DNA of 63,493 nucleotides, filler included, from Reclinomonas americana ATCC 50394 (lineage: Eukaryota), in NCBI GenBank assembly GCA_048213135.1. It is 17 parts of 17 records of this genome, joined end to end, with 100 filler letters (N's around TTAATTAATTAA, not from the genome) between each part and the next. Parts side by side here need not be neighbours in the genome. Positions count along the whole stretch, not along the records: positions 31,946 to 34,319 come from AFZH01018189.1; positions 34,420 to 41,507 come from AFZH01018190.1; positions 41,608 to 42,703 come from AFZH01018191.1; positions 42,804 to 44,759 come from AFZH01018192.1; positions 44,860 to 50,585 come from AFZH01018193.1; 12 more parts are not named here. One strand, written 5' to 3'. The translations under genes and the position numbers were made by a program. The first letter of the stretch is position 1. Every line of letters begins with the position of its first letter. Shown in pieces: positions 33,901-45,344 of the stretch. The notes beneath the pieces were generated by a model that saw only the letters and a program-made list of their open reading frames with translations, did no database searches and was not told the DNA's origin.

Positions 33901-36900
33901 AGCCTTGCTCACTGCGCGTCATGAGCATCGAGAAGTCGAGAGAAGGGAGAGAAGGGAGACGAAACTTGTCACCGCGTGTTGCCTGCGCAGCTTGGAGCGG
34001 TGCTTCGACAAGTCTCGGCGGTTCTCGATCTTGTCCTCGAGGATCTGCTGTTCGCGCAGGCTGAACGCGCTAAAGACCATCTCCACGCGCTCCCAATTGA
34101 CGTCCGTGGCCTGCGGTGGGAGGAAGGGGGGTGAGATAGGGGAAAGGAAGGGGAAAGAGGGGAAAGAGGGGGAAAGAGGGGGAAAGAGGGGGAAAGAGGG
34201 GGAGAGAGGGGGAAGAGAGGGGGGAGGAGGGGGAGGGGGAAGAGATGGCGAAGAGATGGGGGAAAGAGGGGGAAGGAGGGGGAAAGAGAAGGGGGAAAGA
34301 GAAGGGGAAAGAGGAGGAANNNNNNNNNNNNNNNNNNNNNNNNNNNNNNNNNNNNNNNNNNNNTTAATTAATTAANNNNNNNNNNNNNNNNNNNNNNNNN
34401 NNNNNNNNNNNNNNNNNNNTCCGTCGCCCAGATCGAGGGTGGGTGAGTGCGGCAGGAAATCGTTGCCGACGAAAAACAACAAGAAAACAAAGTCATCAAT
34501 GATGCGCTCCGTGTCGTACCACGGCAGCTGCAACTCGCTGCGCACACAAATGGAGGGGGTAAGTCGCCATCGACTCAAGAGACACCGCTGCTCGTGCACC
34601 CACAAACGCACCGGAACTCCATGTCGAGGTACTCGCGCAGCAGGGAAATGTGCAGCAACTCCAGCTTCTCCTCCTTCTTGATCTCCGCCGCCGGATCTCG
34701 TCGATTCGACGACTTGCGCGGCGGTCCAAACTGCACCTCCTCGCGCAGCAGGAAAAAGTGCGGCTCGTGTGTCATCAGAGCCAGCATGATCAGATCGGCG
34801 TCTGCGACGCACAAAGAGATGAGAAATAGATAGAATGGAGTGGGGTGGGGGGGTCACGCACCCAGGCCGTACAGGCAGTGGCGTTGATTCGGCTTGTAAC
34901 CGGGCTGCGATTTGCGGCCGCGGATAAACTCCATGATCTTGTGCTCGCCCTCGCCGGGTACCTCGTGGCCCGAGTAGATGATTTCGATCTTTTGCCACTT
35001 GCGGTCCTCGTTCATCTTCTTGCGGATAAAGTAGTGCATGTGGCTGTGGGGAGATGAGGGAAGCGAGGGTAAGGGGGAAGGGAATTAGGGGGATAAGGGG
35101 GAAGGGTGGGGGATAAGGTAGAAGAGAGGGGAAAGAGTGAAGGGGAGAGGGAAGGGGAAGTGGGGAAGGGAAGAGAAAGTGGAAGACGAGGAATGCGGCA
35201 ACTGACTTGCGACTCGCAAAGTAAACGGGGAAAGAAAAGATAGGAACCGTGCTGTGGAATGCGACATACGTGGTACAGCCACATGGCGGCCATAAGCGTG
35301 AACGAATAATGTGATAGACAAGGAAGACATTGACGAAGTGTGAGTGAGAAAGAAACGGAACGGGAGACAGATTAATTACAGCGTAACAGTCTGTGTGTGT
35401 GCGCGTAAGTGAGTGAGCGAGAGAAAGATTGAGAAGAAAAGGCGAGAAGGAGAGAACTCACGCACACAGCAACACAAGACAGAAAGGCTGAATATTCACG
35501 TCGGAATGAGTGAGCGATGTGAAAAGAGTGACAACTGCCAGAGACTTAAATTAGACGATTCGTCTACAACGACCTCCCCCTTCTCCCTTCACCTCATTCC
35601 CGGCTACGCAACGTGGTCAGCTTGGCCATGAACGACGTGCCCGGGGTGATGCAATTCGAGTCAAACACATCCTTCTCGTCGAGCACCGCCTCGCCACGCG
35701 CCATGAGCTCTCGTCGCAACTCGAGGCGATCCTGCGCAGAGCGGAAACGACGCGAGCGCTGCTGGTTCATCTTGGCGCGAGGGGCGACGCCTGTGAAGAG
35801 AGAAGGAGAAGGAGAAGGGGACGGAGGAGGAGGAGGAGGAGGACGAGATATAGAAGAAGAAGAAAAGAGAAGGGACAGAGACAAGAGACAACAGGGAGAG
35901 AGGAGAAGAAGCACGTGGAACAAGTAGAGGACGAACGAGAAGACCAGGAAGAGAATGTGGAGGAGGAAGAGAAGAACAGGAAAAGAACGAGAAGAAGACG
36001 ATGATCAAGATGAGGGAGGGGGAGAGGGGAGAGGGGGAGAAAAGAAGAAGAAGAACAAGAGAACAAGGAGGATGAGGAGGAGGAGGAGATATAGAAGAAG
36101 AGAAAAGGATACATGCAGAACGAGATGCAGCAAAGAGACAAGAGGCACAGACAACCAGAGACAAGAAGGAGAAGAGAGAGGCAAGGAAGACGAACAGTTG
36201 CATGCAGAGCGAGATGAGAGTGGAAAGAAAACAGACAGAGGAGAACGAGGAGGAGGAGGGCGAGGAGGAGAAAGAGAAGCAGAAGTTGGAGAGGAAGAAG
36301 AGGGAGAAGAAGAAGAACAGATGCATGCAGAGCGAGTTGCAGAGAAGAGACAAGAGGCAGAGACACAGGGAGAGAAGGGGGAGGAGGAGGAGGAGGAGAA
36401 GGAGAAGAAGAAAGAGAGGGAGAACAAGGAGAAGAGACAAAACAGCGATAGAGGAAGAAGAATGAATATGGAGACAAGAGACAACACACAGACAGAGACA
36501 ACGAAATTGAGTAACCACACCAACCAACCAAAGTGGACAGGCACTTTGCCAGCAAACCATCGACGGCCATAAAAAGGCACTTTCGCGGCTTGACGAGGAA
36601 GAAGAGGCGATCGATGTACTTGAAAATTTGAATCATCATGTCGCGCTCCGAGAATTTCGTCTCCGTGCCGCCCTCCGCGTTATTCGCATGCGTGCACTTG
36701 TGAATGATGCCATTCATGTCCAAGTACAAAAAGTCTTTGTTGCAAAAAGTGAGCGCGTGACATGGCAATCCATCATCATCAACTCTTTTGCCCCGCCCCC
36801 TCACCGACTTCGGGCGCGGTGTTCTCGCGCAGCTCGTTGTTGATGAGCGGGAAGCGCTCGCTCAGACGGCGATAGAACTTCGGAACTCTGTGTTGTGTGC

Positions 36901-36986
36901 GTGTGTGAGAGAGAGAGCCAAAACAAGGATGCAAGTTGAATATGTCGGCTTTTTCTCTCAGTGTGTGTGCAGAGGACGTACCCCAT
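27970..36986 (-). CDS. XRN1: 5'-3' exoribonuclease XRN1 (many exons; 3' end approximate)
   Basis: [102 protein letters not shown]. Long C-terminal extension favours XRN1 over XRN2. Confidence 0.93.
28815..29260. repeat. Intronic degenerate repeats in XRN1 (AAATCACTCGTAAAGCAA...GGGAATGCAAGA, three copies)
   Basis: Copies at ~28818, 28935 and 29230. Confidence 0.75.
31395..31845. repeat. Intronic degenerate repeats in XRN1 (AAACCTTGCCCTCACTCCCTTCAGACTTGC, three copies)
   Basis: Copies at ~31410, 31605 and 31800. Confidence 0.8.
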
Positions 36987-37534
36987 GAGTGTTCAGCACG
37001 TGTGTGTGCGCGCGCGGGTTGCAATGAGGGGAGAGGAAGGGGTTGAGCGCGCGGTGGAGTTGTATGCGCGCGAAGGTTGTCCTGCAAGGCGGGAAACGTC
37101 GGCATTTGGTTTTCGTGATTGTTCTTCGCGTGCGCACTTGCATTCTTGCTTGTCTGTCCCCTGCACGCATGGTGCATGCAGGGGAAAGCGCTTTGCGATC
37201 AAGGCGAGATCCGGAAACTTCGGAATATTTTGCTTTTGTTGTTTCCCGCGCACTTGCTTGCTTGCTAACTGTCTTGCTTGTAGTCTCCTCCTCTGTGTGC
37301 ACGTGGTGGTCAAGCAAGTGTGCACGGAGAAGCAAGCGCGCGTCGGCGAGGACTTCGCGATCGATCGCGATATCGATCGGAACTTCGGAGATTTGCAACT
37401 CACTTCACTTCTCACGTTCCCCCCTCCCTGCGCTGCAAACTCTGATCAGCAGATCTTATATTCCTCTCCTTGAGTAAAGAAGGACATCGAAAAAGGACAA
37501 CTCACTTGTCTCTGTCAGTCCGCGCGCGTGCGCA

Positions 37535-38650
37535 ATGACCAGTTCTCCCCCTTGGCCTCCTTCACTGCTGTGCAGGGATCTCTGCGAGTACACGCACTGG
37601 GTGTGGTCTCTCTCCATCGCCATCACTCCCGATGCTCAGCACGTGGTGAGTGCAGCGGGGATCGTAGACGACACAGTGCGCGTGTGGTCACTGGCGAGTG
37701 GAGCAGAAGTGCGACGACTGGCGGGCCTCGGAACAGCGGGCTTCAATGCTGCCACTGTCACACCCGACAATCAGCACATTGTGGGTGGAGGTGATGATCA
37801 AATACTGAGTGTGTGGTCACTGGCCGGGGGCGAGGAGGTGCGACAATTGAAGGGGCACACTGAGGCGGTCTCCTCTGTCGCGGTCACACCCGACGGACGG
37901 CACGTTGCGAGTGGGAGTCGGTATGGCATTGTGCGAGTGTGGTCACTGGTGAGTGGCGAGGAGGTGTGGGTGTTGGTGGGGCACACGAGGTCGGTGGATT
38001 CTGTGGCTGTGACGCCGAATAGTCAGCTCGTGGTGAGCGGGAGTGTCGACAGTACTGTGCGTGTGTGGTCGCTGGCGAGTGGCGAGGAGGTGCGACGGCT
38101 GAAAGGACACACTCGGGCAGTGTTCACTGTTGCCGTCTCTCCCGATGGTCTGCATGTGGTGAGTGGAGGCGATGACACGACGGTGCGGGTGTGGATGCTG
38201 GCGAGCGGGGAAGAGGTGCAACGGTTGGAGGGGCACGCTGGATGGGTGCAGTCTGTCGCTATCACTCCCGATGGACGACACGTTGTGAGTGGGGGCAATG
38301 ACAGCACTGTGCGAGTGTGGTCACTGGCAACTGGGGAGGAGGTGCAACGGTTGGAGAACAACTCTGGAAGCGTACTCGCTGTCGCCGTCGCCCCCGATGG
38401 TCAGCACATCGTATGTGGTATTGTCGACGGCAAAGTGCGGGTGTGGTCCACTCCGTATGGTCTCGCTCAGCAGGAACTCCGCGCCGCGCGTCTGTCCATG
38501 CACATTGTGCAGGATATGCAGGAGGAAGAGGAAGAGGAGGAGGAGGCAGATCGACGCTGCCTGCCAGAGATTGTTCTGCGCTGCTTCCTGGTCGAGGAGG
38601 CAGAGGTTATCGTGCATCGATGCTTCATCGATGACAGCCTTCGACTGTGA
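37535..38650 (+). CDS. Array WD40 protein W9
   Basis: 7 WD40 + tail ending CFIDDSLRL. Confidence 0.9.
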   Translation: MTSSPPWPPSLLCRDLCEYTHWVWSLSIAITPDAQHVVSAAGIVDDTVRVWSLASGAEVRRLAGLGTAGFNAATVTPDNQHIVGGGDDQILSVWSLAGGEEVRQLKGHTEAVSSVAVTPDGRHVASGSRYGIVRVWSLVSGEEVWVLVGHTRSVDSVAVTPNSQLVVSGSVDSTVRVWSLASGEEVRRLKGHTRAVFTVAVSPDGLHVVSGGDDTTVRVWMLASGEEVQRLEGHAGWVQSVAITPDGRHVVSGGNDSTVRVWSLATGEEVQRLENNSGSVLAVAVAPDGQHIVCGIVDGKVRVWSTPYGLAQQELRAARLSMHIVQDMQEEEEEEEEADRRCLPEIVLRCFLVEEAEVIVHRCFIDDSLRL

Positions 38651-38816
38651 CCTGCTTTCCCTTTCTCTCCTTCCGGCAGCCTGCCAGGATTGTTCTACTA
38701 TCCTGAATGAAGAAGGTGGTTTTTAACTTGCCTGCACGTCGGGGGTGAGTGAAAGATGTCCGCCACAAGAGAGGACACGCACCTTCCTCCTTTCTTCATT
38801 CGTCGCCACGCCAGCC

Positions 38817-39941
38817 ATGACCTCCACTCCCACTACTCCTTTTCTGTGCAAGTGCCTCCACGGACATGACGCCACTGTGACGTCTGTCGCCATCACTCCC
38901 GACGGACTGCACATCGTGAGTGGCAGTGAAGACGAGACGATTCGCGTGTGGTCACTCGCGAGTGGAGCAGAAGTTCGACAGTTGAAGGGGCACACTCTGC
39001 CAGTGACTTGTGTTGTCGTCACTTGCGACGGACTCTACATTGTGAGCGCGAGTGATGACGAGACTGTGCGCGTGTGGTCGCTGGCGAGTGGCGAGGAAGT
39101 GCGACGACTGGAGGGACACACTTGGATGGTGAAGTGTGTCGCCGTCACACCTGATGGACGACACATCGTGAGTGGGAGTATTGACGGAAGTATGCGAGTG
39201 TGGTCAGTGGAGAGTGGCGAGCAAGTGCGGCTGTTGACGAGACAGTTCCACAATGTTATCTGTGTTGCCATCACACCCGATAGCAAGTACCTTGTGAGTG
39301 CGAGTAATGACGAGGTGCTGCGAGTGTGGTCACTGGCGAGTTGGGAGGAAGTGCGACGGTTGGATGGGCACCCTGGGTGGGTCTGGTCTGTCGCCGTGAC
39401 TCCCGATGGTCAGCACGTTGTGGGCGGGTGTGCTAACGGCTCAGTGTGCGTGTGGTCACTGGAGAGTGGCGAGGAAGTGCGACGAATGGTGGGGCACTCC
39501 GAGGCAGTTCTGTCTGTCGCCATCACTCCCGACGGTCAGCATGTGGTGACTGGGAGTATCGACAAATCGTTGCGGATATTGTCGCTGGCGAGTCGGGAAC
39601 AAGTGACGCGGCTGAAAGGGCACACTTCTTGGGTGAATTCTGTCGCCGTCGCCCCCGATGGTCAGCACATCGTGAGTGGCGGTGTTGACTGTATTGTGCG
39701 GGTGTGGTCCACTCCGTGCGGCCTCGCTCAGCAGGAGCTTCGCGTAGCGCGTCTGGCCATGCACATTGTGCAGGAGATGCAGGAGGAGGAGGAGGAGGAG
39801 GAGGAGGAGGAGGAGGAGGAGGAGGAGGAGGAGGAGGCAGATCGACGCTGCCTCGTGGAGATGGTACTGCGCTGCTTCCTGGTCGAGGAGGCAGAGGTCA
39901 TCGTGAATCGATGCTTCATCGATGACAGGCTTCGGCTGTGA
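38817..39941 (+). CDS. Array WD40 protein W10 (long poly-Glu in tail)
   Basis: MTSTPTTPFLC start; 7 WD40 + tail. Confidence 0.9.
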   Translation: MTSTPTTPFLCKCLHGHDATVTSVAITPDGLHIVSGSEDETIRVWSLASGAEVRQLKGHTLPVTCVVVTCDGLYIVSASDDETVRVWSLASGEEVRRLEGHTWMVKCVAVTPDGRHIVSGSIDGSMRVWSVESGEQVRLLTRQFHNVICVAITPDSKYLVSASNDEVLRVWSLASWEEVRRLDGHPGWVWSVAVTPDGQHVVGGCANGSVCVWSLESGEEVRRMVGHSEAVLSVAITPDGQHVVTGSIDKSLRILSLASREQVTRLKGHTSWVNSVAVAPDGQHIVSGGVDCIVRVWSTPCGLAQQELRVARLAMHIVQEMQEEEEEEEEEEEEEEEEEEADRRCLVEMVLRCFLVEEAEVIVNRCFIDDRLRL

Positions 39942-40102
39942 CCTGCTTTCCCTTTCTCTCCTTCCGACAACCTGCCAGAGTTGTTCTACTACCCTGAATG
40001 AAGAAGGTGGTTTTTAAATTGCCTGCACGACCATGATTGAAAGATGTCCGCCACAAGAGAGGACACGCTCACCTTCTCAATTCATTCGTCGCCACGCCAG
40101 CC

Positions 40103-41185
40103 ATGACCTCCACTCCCACTACTCCTTTTCTGTGCAAGTGCCTCCACGGACATGACGCCACTGTGACGTCTGTCGCCATCACTCCCGACGGACTGCACAT
40201 CGTGAGTGGCAGTGAAGACGAGACGATTCGCGTGTGGTCACTCGCGAGTGGAGCAGAAGAGCGACAGTTGAAGGGACACACTCTGCCAGTGACTTGTGTT
40301 GTCGTCACTTGCGACGGACTCCACATTGTGAGCGCGAGTGATGACGAGACTGTGCGCGTGTGGTCGCTGGCGAGTGGCGAAGAAGTGCAACGACTGGAGG
40401 GACACACTTGGTTGGTGAAGTGTGTCGCCGTCACACCTGATGGACGACACATCGTGAGTGGGAGTATTGACGGAAGTATGCGAGTGTGGTCAGTGGAGAG
40501 TGGCGAGCAAGTGCGGCTGTTGACGAGACAGTTCCACAATGTTATCTGTGTTGCCATCACACCCGATAGCAAGTACCTTGTGAGTGCGAGTAATGACGAG
40601 GTGCTGCGAGTGTGGTCACTGGCGAGTTGGGAGGAAGTGCGACGGTTGGATGGGCACCCTGGGTGGGTCTGGTCTGTCGCCGTGACTCCCGATGGTCAGC
40701 ACGTTGTGGGCGGGTGTGATAACGGCTCAGTGTGCGTGTGGTCGGTGGCGAGTGGCGAGGAAGTGCGACGAATGGTGGGGCACACGGAGGCGGTTCTGTC
40801 TGTCGCCGTCTCTCCCGATGGTCAGCACGTGGTGAGTGGCAGTGATGACAGCACAGTGCGAGTGTGGTCATTGGAGAATGGAGAGGAGGTGCAACGGTTG
40901 GAGGGTCACGCAGGACTCTCCTGCACTGCCTCCATCGCCCCCGATGGTCAGCACATCGTGAGTGGCGGTGTTGACTGCGTTGTGCGGGTGTGGTCCACTC
41001 CGTGCGGCCTCGCTCAGCAGGAGCTTCGCGTAGCGCGTCTGGCCATGCACACAGTGCAGGATATGCAGGAGGAGGAGGAGGCAGATCGGCGCTGCCTCGT
41101 GGAGATGGTACTGCGCTGCTTTCTTGTGGAGGAGGCGGAGGTCATTGTGCATCGATGTTGGGCCGATGACAGCCTTCGACTGTGA
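40103..41185 (+). CDS. Array WD40 protein W11
   Basis: MTSTPTTPFLC start; 7 WD40 + tail. Confidence 0.9.
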   Translation: MTSTPTTPFLCKCLHGHDATVTSVAITPDGLHIVSGSEDETIRVWSLASGAEERQLKGHTLPVTCVVVTCDGLHIVSASDDETVRVWSLASGEEVQRLEGHTWLVKCVAVTPDGRHIVSGSIDGSMRVWSVESGEQVRLLTRQFHNVICVAITPDSKYLVSASNDEVLRVWSLASWEEVRRLDGHPGWVWSVAVTPDGQHVVGGCDNGSVCVWSVASGEEVRRMVGHTEAVLSVAVSPDGQHVVSGSDDSTVRVWSLENGEEVQRLEGHAGLSCTASIAPDGQHIVSGGVDCVVRVWSTPCGLAQQELRVARLAMHTVQDMQEEEEADRRCLVEMVLRCFLVEEAEVIVHRCWADDSLRL

Positions 41186-41354
41186 CGTGCCCCTCCCTTC
41201 GGTTTTCCCACTCTTGCTTCTGTAGGCAGCAGGTGTTGTTCTGTTCTCTTGAATGAAGACGGGGCTGTGAACGTCGGGGGGAGGGAAGTGGGCACCCACA
41301 AGGACACACTACCTTTCCTTCTGTTGTCCTTTCCTTCCTTCGTCACCACGCGCC

Positions 41355-42165
41355 ATGACCTCCACTCCCGCCACTCCTCTCCTGTGCAAGTGCCTCCACG
41401 GGCACACCAGCCACATCCGATGCGCTGCCTTCTCACCCACACTGCAGCACATCGTCACCGGGAGTGTGGACGGAACACTGCGCGTGTGGTCACTGGCGAG
41501 TGGAGCGNNNNNNNNNNNNNNNNNNNNNNNNNNNNNNNNNNNNNNNNNNNNTTAATTAATTAANNNNNNNNNNNNNNNNNNNNNNNNNNNNNNNNNNNNN
41601 NNNNNNNTCTGCGTCGAGCGGAGAGGAGGTGCGACGGTTGAAGGGACACACTGACCGTGTGTCGACTGTCGCTGTCGCCCCCGACGGCGAGCACATTGTG
41701 AGTGTCAGCGAGGACAAGACGGTGCGCGTGTGGTCGCTAGTGAGTGGCGAGGAGGTGCGACGGGTGGCGGGGTACTCCGATCGAGTGACGCCGGTCGCCA
41801 TTGCTGCCAATGGTCAGTATTTGGTGAGCGGGAGTGTCGACAAGTCGGTGCGGGTGTGGTCACTGGCGAGTGGGGAAGAGGTGAGGCGGTTGGAGGGGCA
41901 TACGGCGATTCCGTGTGCTGTCGCCGTCTCGCCTGACGGGCAGCATGTGGTGAGTGGCAGTCTCGACAACTCCGTGCTGGTGTGGTCTACGCCGTACGGC
42001 CTCGCTCAGCAGGAGCTCCAAGCCGCGCGTCTGTCCATGCATGTTGTGCAGGAGATGCAGGAGGAGGATGAGGAGGCACACTCAAGATGCCTCGTGGAGA
42101 TTGTTCTGCGCTGTTTCGTGGTCGAGGAGGCGGAGGTCATTGTACATCGATGCCTCCGTCTCTGA
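41355..42165 (+). CDS. Array WD40 protein W12 (interrupted by gap 41508-41607; halves may belong to different copies)
   Basis: Start and repeat 1 before the gap; three repeats and tail after. Confidence 0.8.
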
Positions 42166-42323
42166 CGTTCTCTTCTCTTGGTTTCCCTTCTCTTGCTTCT
42201 AAAGACAGCGGGTGTTGTTATATGTCCGTGAATGAAGGAGGGGCTGTGTACTTCGGGGGAGGGAAGTGTCCGTCTCAAGAAGGACACGCACACTTTATTC
42301 TCGCATTCGTCGCCACGCCAGCC

Positions 42324-43137
42324 ATGACCTCCACTCGCACTCCTCTCCTGCGCAAAAGCCTGCGCGGGCACACCGCCTCTGTGCTCTGCGTTGCCATCAC
42401 TCCCGACGGGCAGCACATTGTGAGCGGCAGTGAAGACAAGACTGTGCGCGTGTGGTCACTCGCGAGTGGAGCAGCAGTGCGACGATTGAAGGGACACTCT
42501 CACGCTGTGTGCGCTCTCGCCATCACCCCCAATGGACGGCACATTGTGAGTGGGAGTCGGGACAACACAGTGCGAGTGTGGTTACTGGCGAGTGGTGAAG
42601 AGGTGCACCGCTGTGAGGGACACGTGGAGTGGGTTCGGTCGGTCGCCGTCACTCCCGATGGTCAGCACGTCGTGAGTGGCAGCTGGGACGAAACTATGCG
42701 CGTNNNNNNNNNNNNNNNNNNNNNNNNNNNNNNNNNNNNNNNNNNNNTTAATTAATTAANNNNNNNNNNNNNNNNNNNNNNNNNNNNNNNNNNNNNNNNN
42801 NNNACGAGTGTGGTCATTGGAGAGTGGGGAAGAAGTGCTGCGGTTGAAGGGGCGTGCCTCTTGGGGGAATTATGTCGCCGTCGCCCCCGATGGTCAGCGC
42901 ATCGTGAGTGGCGGTGTTCGCAAGATTGTGCGCGTGTGGTCCACTCCGTATGGTCTCGCTCAGCAGGAGCTCCGCGTAGCGCATTCCGCCATGCTTGATG
43001 TACAGGAGATGCAGGAGGAGGAAGGCGAGGAGGCAGATCGGCGCTGCCTGCCAGAATTGGTGCTGCGCTGCTTCCTCGTCGAGGAGGCAGCAGTGATTGT
43101 GCATCGATGCTTCGTCGATGACAGCCTCCGTCTCTGA
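42324..43137 (+). CDS. Array WD40 protein W13 (interrupted by gap 42704-42803)
   Basis: Three repeats before the gap; last repeat and tail after. Confidence 0.8.
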
Positions 43138-43295
43138 CGTGCTCTTCTCCCGATTTTCCTTCTCTTGCTTCTGAAGACAGCAGGTGTTGTTATATGTTCG
43201 TGAATGAAGAAGGTCAACTTGACGCACGTCGGGAATTCGAATGTCCGTCTCAAAATGGACAGCACTTCCTTCATTCATTCGTCGCCACACCAGCC

Positions 43296-44369
43296 ATGAC
43301 CACCGCTCCCACTACTCCTCTCCTGTCCCAGTGTCTGCGCGGACACACCGCCACTGTGCTGTGCGTCGCCGTCACTCCCGACGGGCAGCACATTATCAGT
43401 GGCAGTGAAGACAAGACGATGCGCGTGTGGTCGCTGGCGACTGGCGAGGAAGTGCGACGATTGAAGGGACACTCTCGCGCTGTGTGCGCTGTCGCCATCA
43501 CTCCCCATGGACTCCACGTGGTGAGCGGAAGCAACGACAAGACAGTGCGCGTGTGGTCACTGGCGAGTGGCGAGGAGGTGCACCGATGTGAGGGACACAC
43601 GCTGCCGGTCATGGCTGTCGCCATCACTCCCGATGGTCAGCACGCTGTGAGTGGCGGTGTTGACCAGCTGATCATTGTGTGGTCGCTGGTGAGTGGAGAA
43701 GAAGTTCGACGACTGGAGGGTCACACAGATTTGGTGCGGTCGATTGCCATTACTCCCGACGGTGTGCACGTGGTGAGCGGCAGTTGGGATAAGACCGTGT
43801 GCGTGTGGTCGCTGGCGAGTGGGGAAGAGGTGCAGCGATTGCGCGCTCCGTCGACATCGTCCGTCGCCGTCACTCCCGATGGTCAGCACGTTGTGAGTGG
43901 AGGCATGGAGAGCACTGTACGAGTGTGGTCGCTGGCGAGTGGCGAGGAGGTGCGGCGACTGGAGATCGACGACGAAGGGCTGCAGTGCATTGCGGTGACT
44001 CGCGACGGGCAGCACGTGGTGAGTGCGCACGAGGACCACACTGTGCGAGTGTGGTCCATGGCCAGTGGAGAGCAAGTGCGACGACTGGAGGGACACAGTG
44101 GATGGGTGATGTCTGTCGCCGTCGCCCTCGATTGTCAGCACATTGTGAGTGGCAGCCGAGATAAGACTGTGCGCGTGTGGTCCACGCCGCACTGTTTTGC
44201 ACGGAGGGAGCTGGAGAGCGCGTGTACGGCGATGCGCGTCGTGCAGGATGTGCAGGAGGAAGAGGAGGAGGAGGCTGATCGGCGCTGCCTCGTGGAGATT
44301 GTACTGCGCTGCTTCCTCGTGGAGGAGGCGGAGGTGATTGTTTCCCGGTGGTCGAGGCTCGGGCTGTGA
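43296..44369 (+). CDS. Array WD40 protein W14
   Basis: 7 WD40 + tail. Confidence 0.9.
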   Translation: MTTAPTTPLLSQCLRGHTATVLCVAVTPDGQHIISGSEDKTMRVWSLATGEEVRRLKGHSRAVCAVAITPHGLHVVSGSNDKTVRVWSLASGEEVHRCEGHTLPVMAVAITPDGQHAVSGGVDQLIIVWSLVSGEEVRRLEGHTDLVRSIAITPDGVHVVSGSWDKTVCVWSLASGEEVQRLRAPSTSSVAVTPDGQHVVSGGMESTVRVWSLASGEEVRRLEIDDEGLQCIAVTRDGQHVVSAHEDHTVRVWSMASGEQVRRLEGHSGWVMSVAVALDCQHIVSGSRDKTVRVWSTPHCFARRELESACTAMRVVQDVQEEEEEEADRRCLVEIVLRCFLVEEAEVIVSRWSRLGL

Positions 44370-44544
44370 CCTTGCTCCTTGTCTCATCTCGGTTTTTTTC
44401 TGTCTCTTGATGTCTTTGCTTCTGTTCTCTTTCGCCTGCTTGTGTTGCTGGAGTGAAGTCGTTGTACGTGAGGAAGCTGCGAAGTGGACAACAAGTGTCC
44501 CCATCCCAAAAGGACGACGGATTTCACTCACTCAAGAGCGAGTC

Positions 44545-45161
44545 ATGACCTCCCCTGCTCCTCCTTCTCTGCCGCACAAGCTCTTGGTACACACTAACCT
44601 CTTAGTGTGTGTCGCTGTCACTCCCGATGACCAGCACATAGTGAGTGGCAGCAGCGACAAGACATTGCGGGTGTGGTCACTGACGACTGGCGAGGAAGTG
44701 CGACGGTTGAGTGGGCACACCATGGTGGTGGTCACTGTTGCCATCACTCCCGATGGTCANNNNNNNNNNNNNNNNNNNNNNNNNNNNNNNNNNNNNNNNN
44801 NNNTTAATTAATTAANNNNNNNNNNNNNNNNNNNNNNNNNNNNNNNNNNNNNNNNNNNNAGGGGCATACTCACTGGGTAAGTTCCGTCGCTGTCTCTCCG
44901 GATGGCCAGCACATCGTGAGTGGAAGTCACGACAAGATCGTGAGAGTGTGGTCCACGCCGTTCGCTCTCTCTCAGCGTGAGCTCAGCCGGGCGCGTTTGG
45001 CGATGCGCGCGGTGCAGGAGGAGCTCGACTTGCTGTTGTGGGAAGAGGACGATGAAGCTGATCCACGCTGCCTCGTGGAGATTGTGCTGCGGTGCTTCTT
45101 GGTCGAGGAGGCCGAGGTCATTGTTCATCGATGTGCTGCCGACAGCAGTTGTCGACTGTGA
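44545..45161 (+). CDS. Array WD40 protein W15 (interrupted by gap 44760-44859)
   Basis: Start and about 1.5 repeats before the gap; last repeat and tail after. Confidence 0.78.
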
Positions 45162-45344
45162 AGTCTCTCGCTTTCCTTTCTTCGTTCCTCTTCTCTTGCA
45201 AACTATCAAGTGTAGAGGGAGGTCTTGCAAGTTCTTACGTTGAACATCGCCACCACCATCACCACCATCACCACGCGACTTCGTCGTGAACGACGGAAGT
45301 TCATGTGTCCTCCTTCACATCGCCCTTCCTCACACACACGCGCC

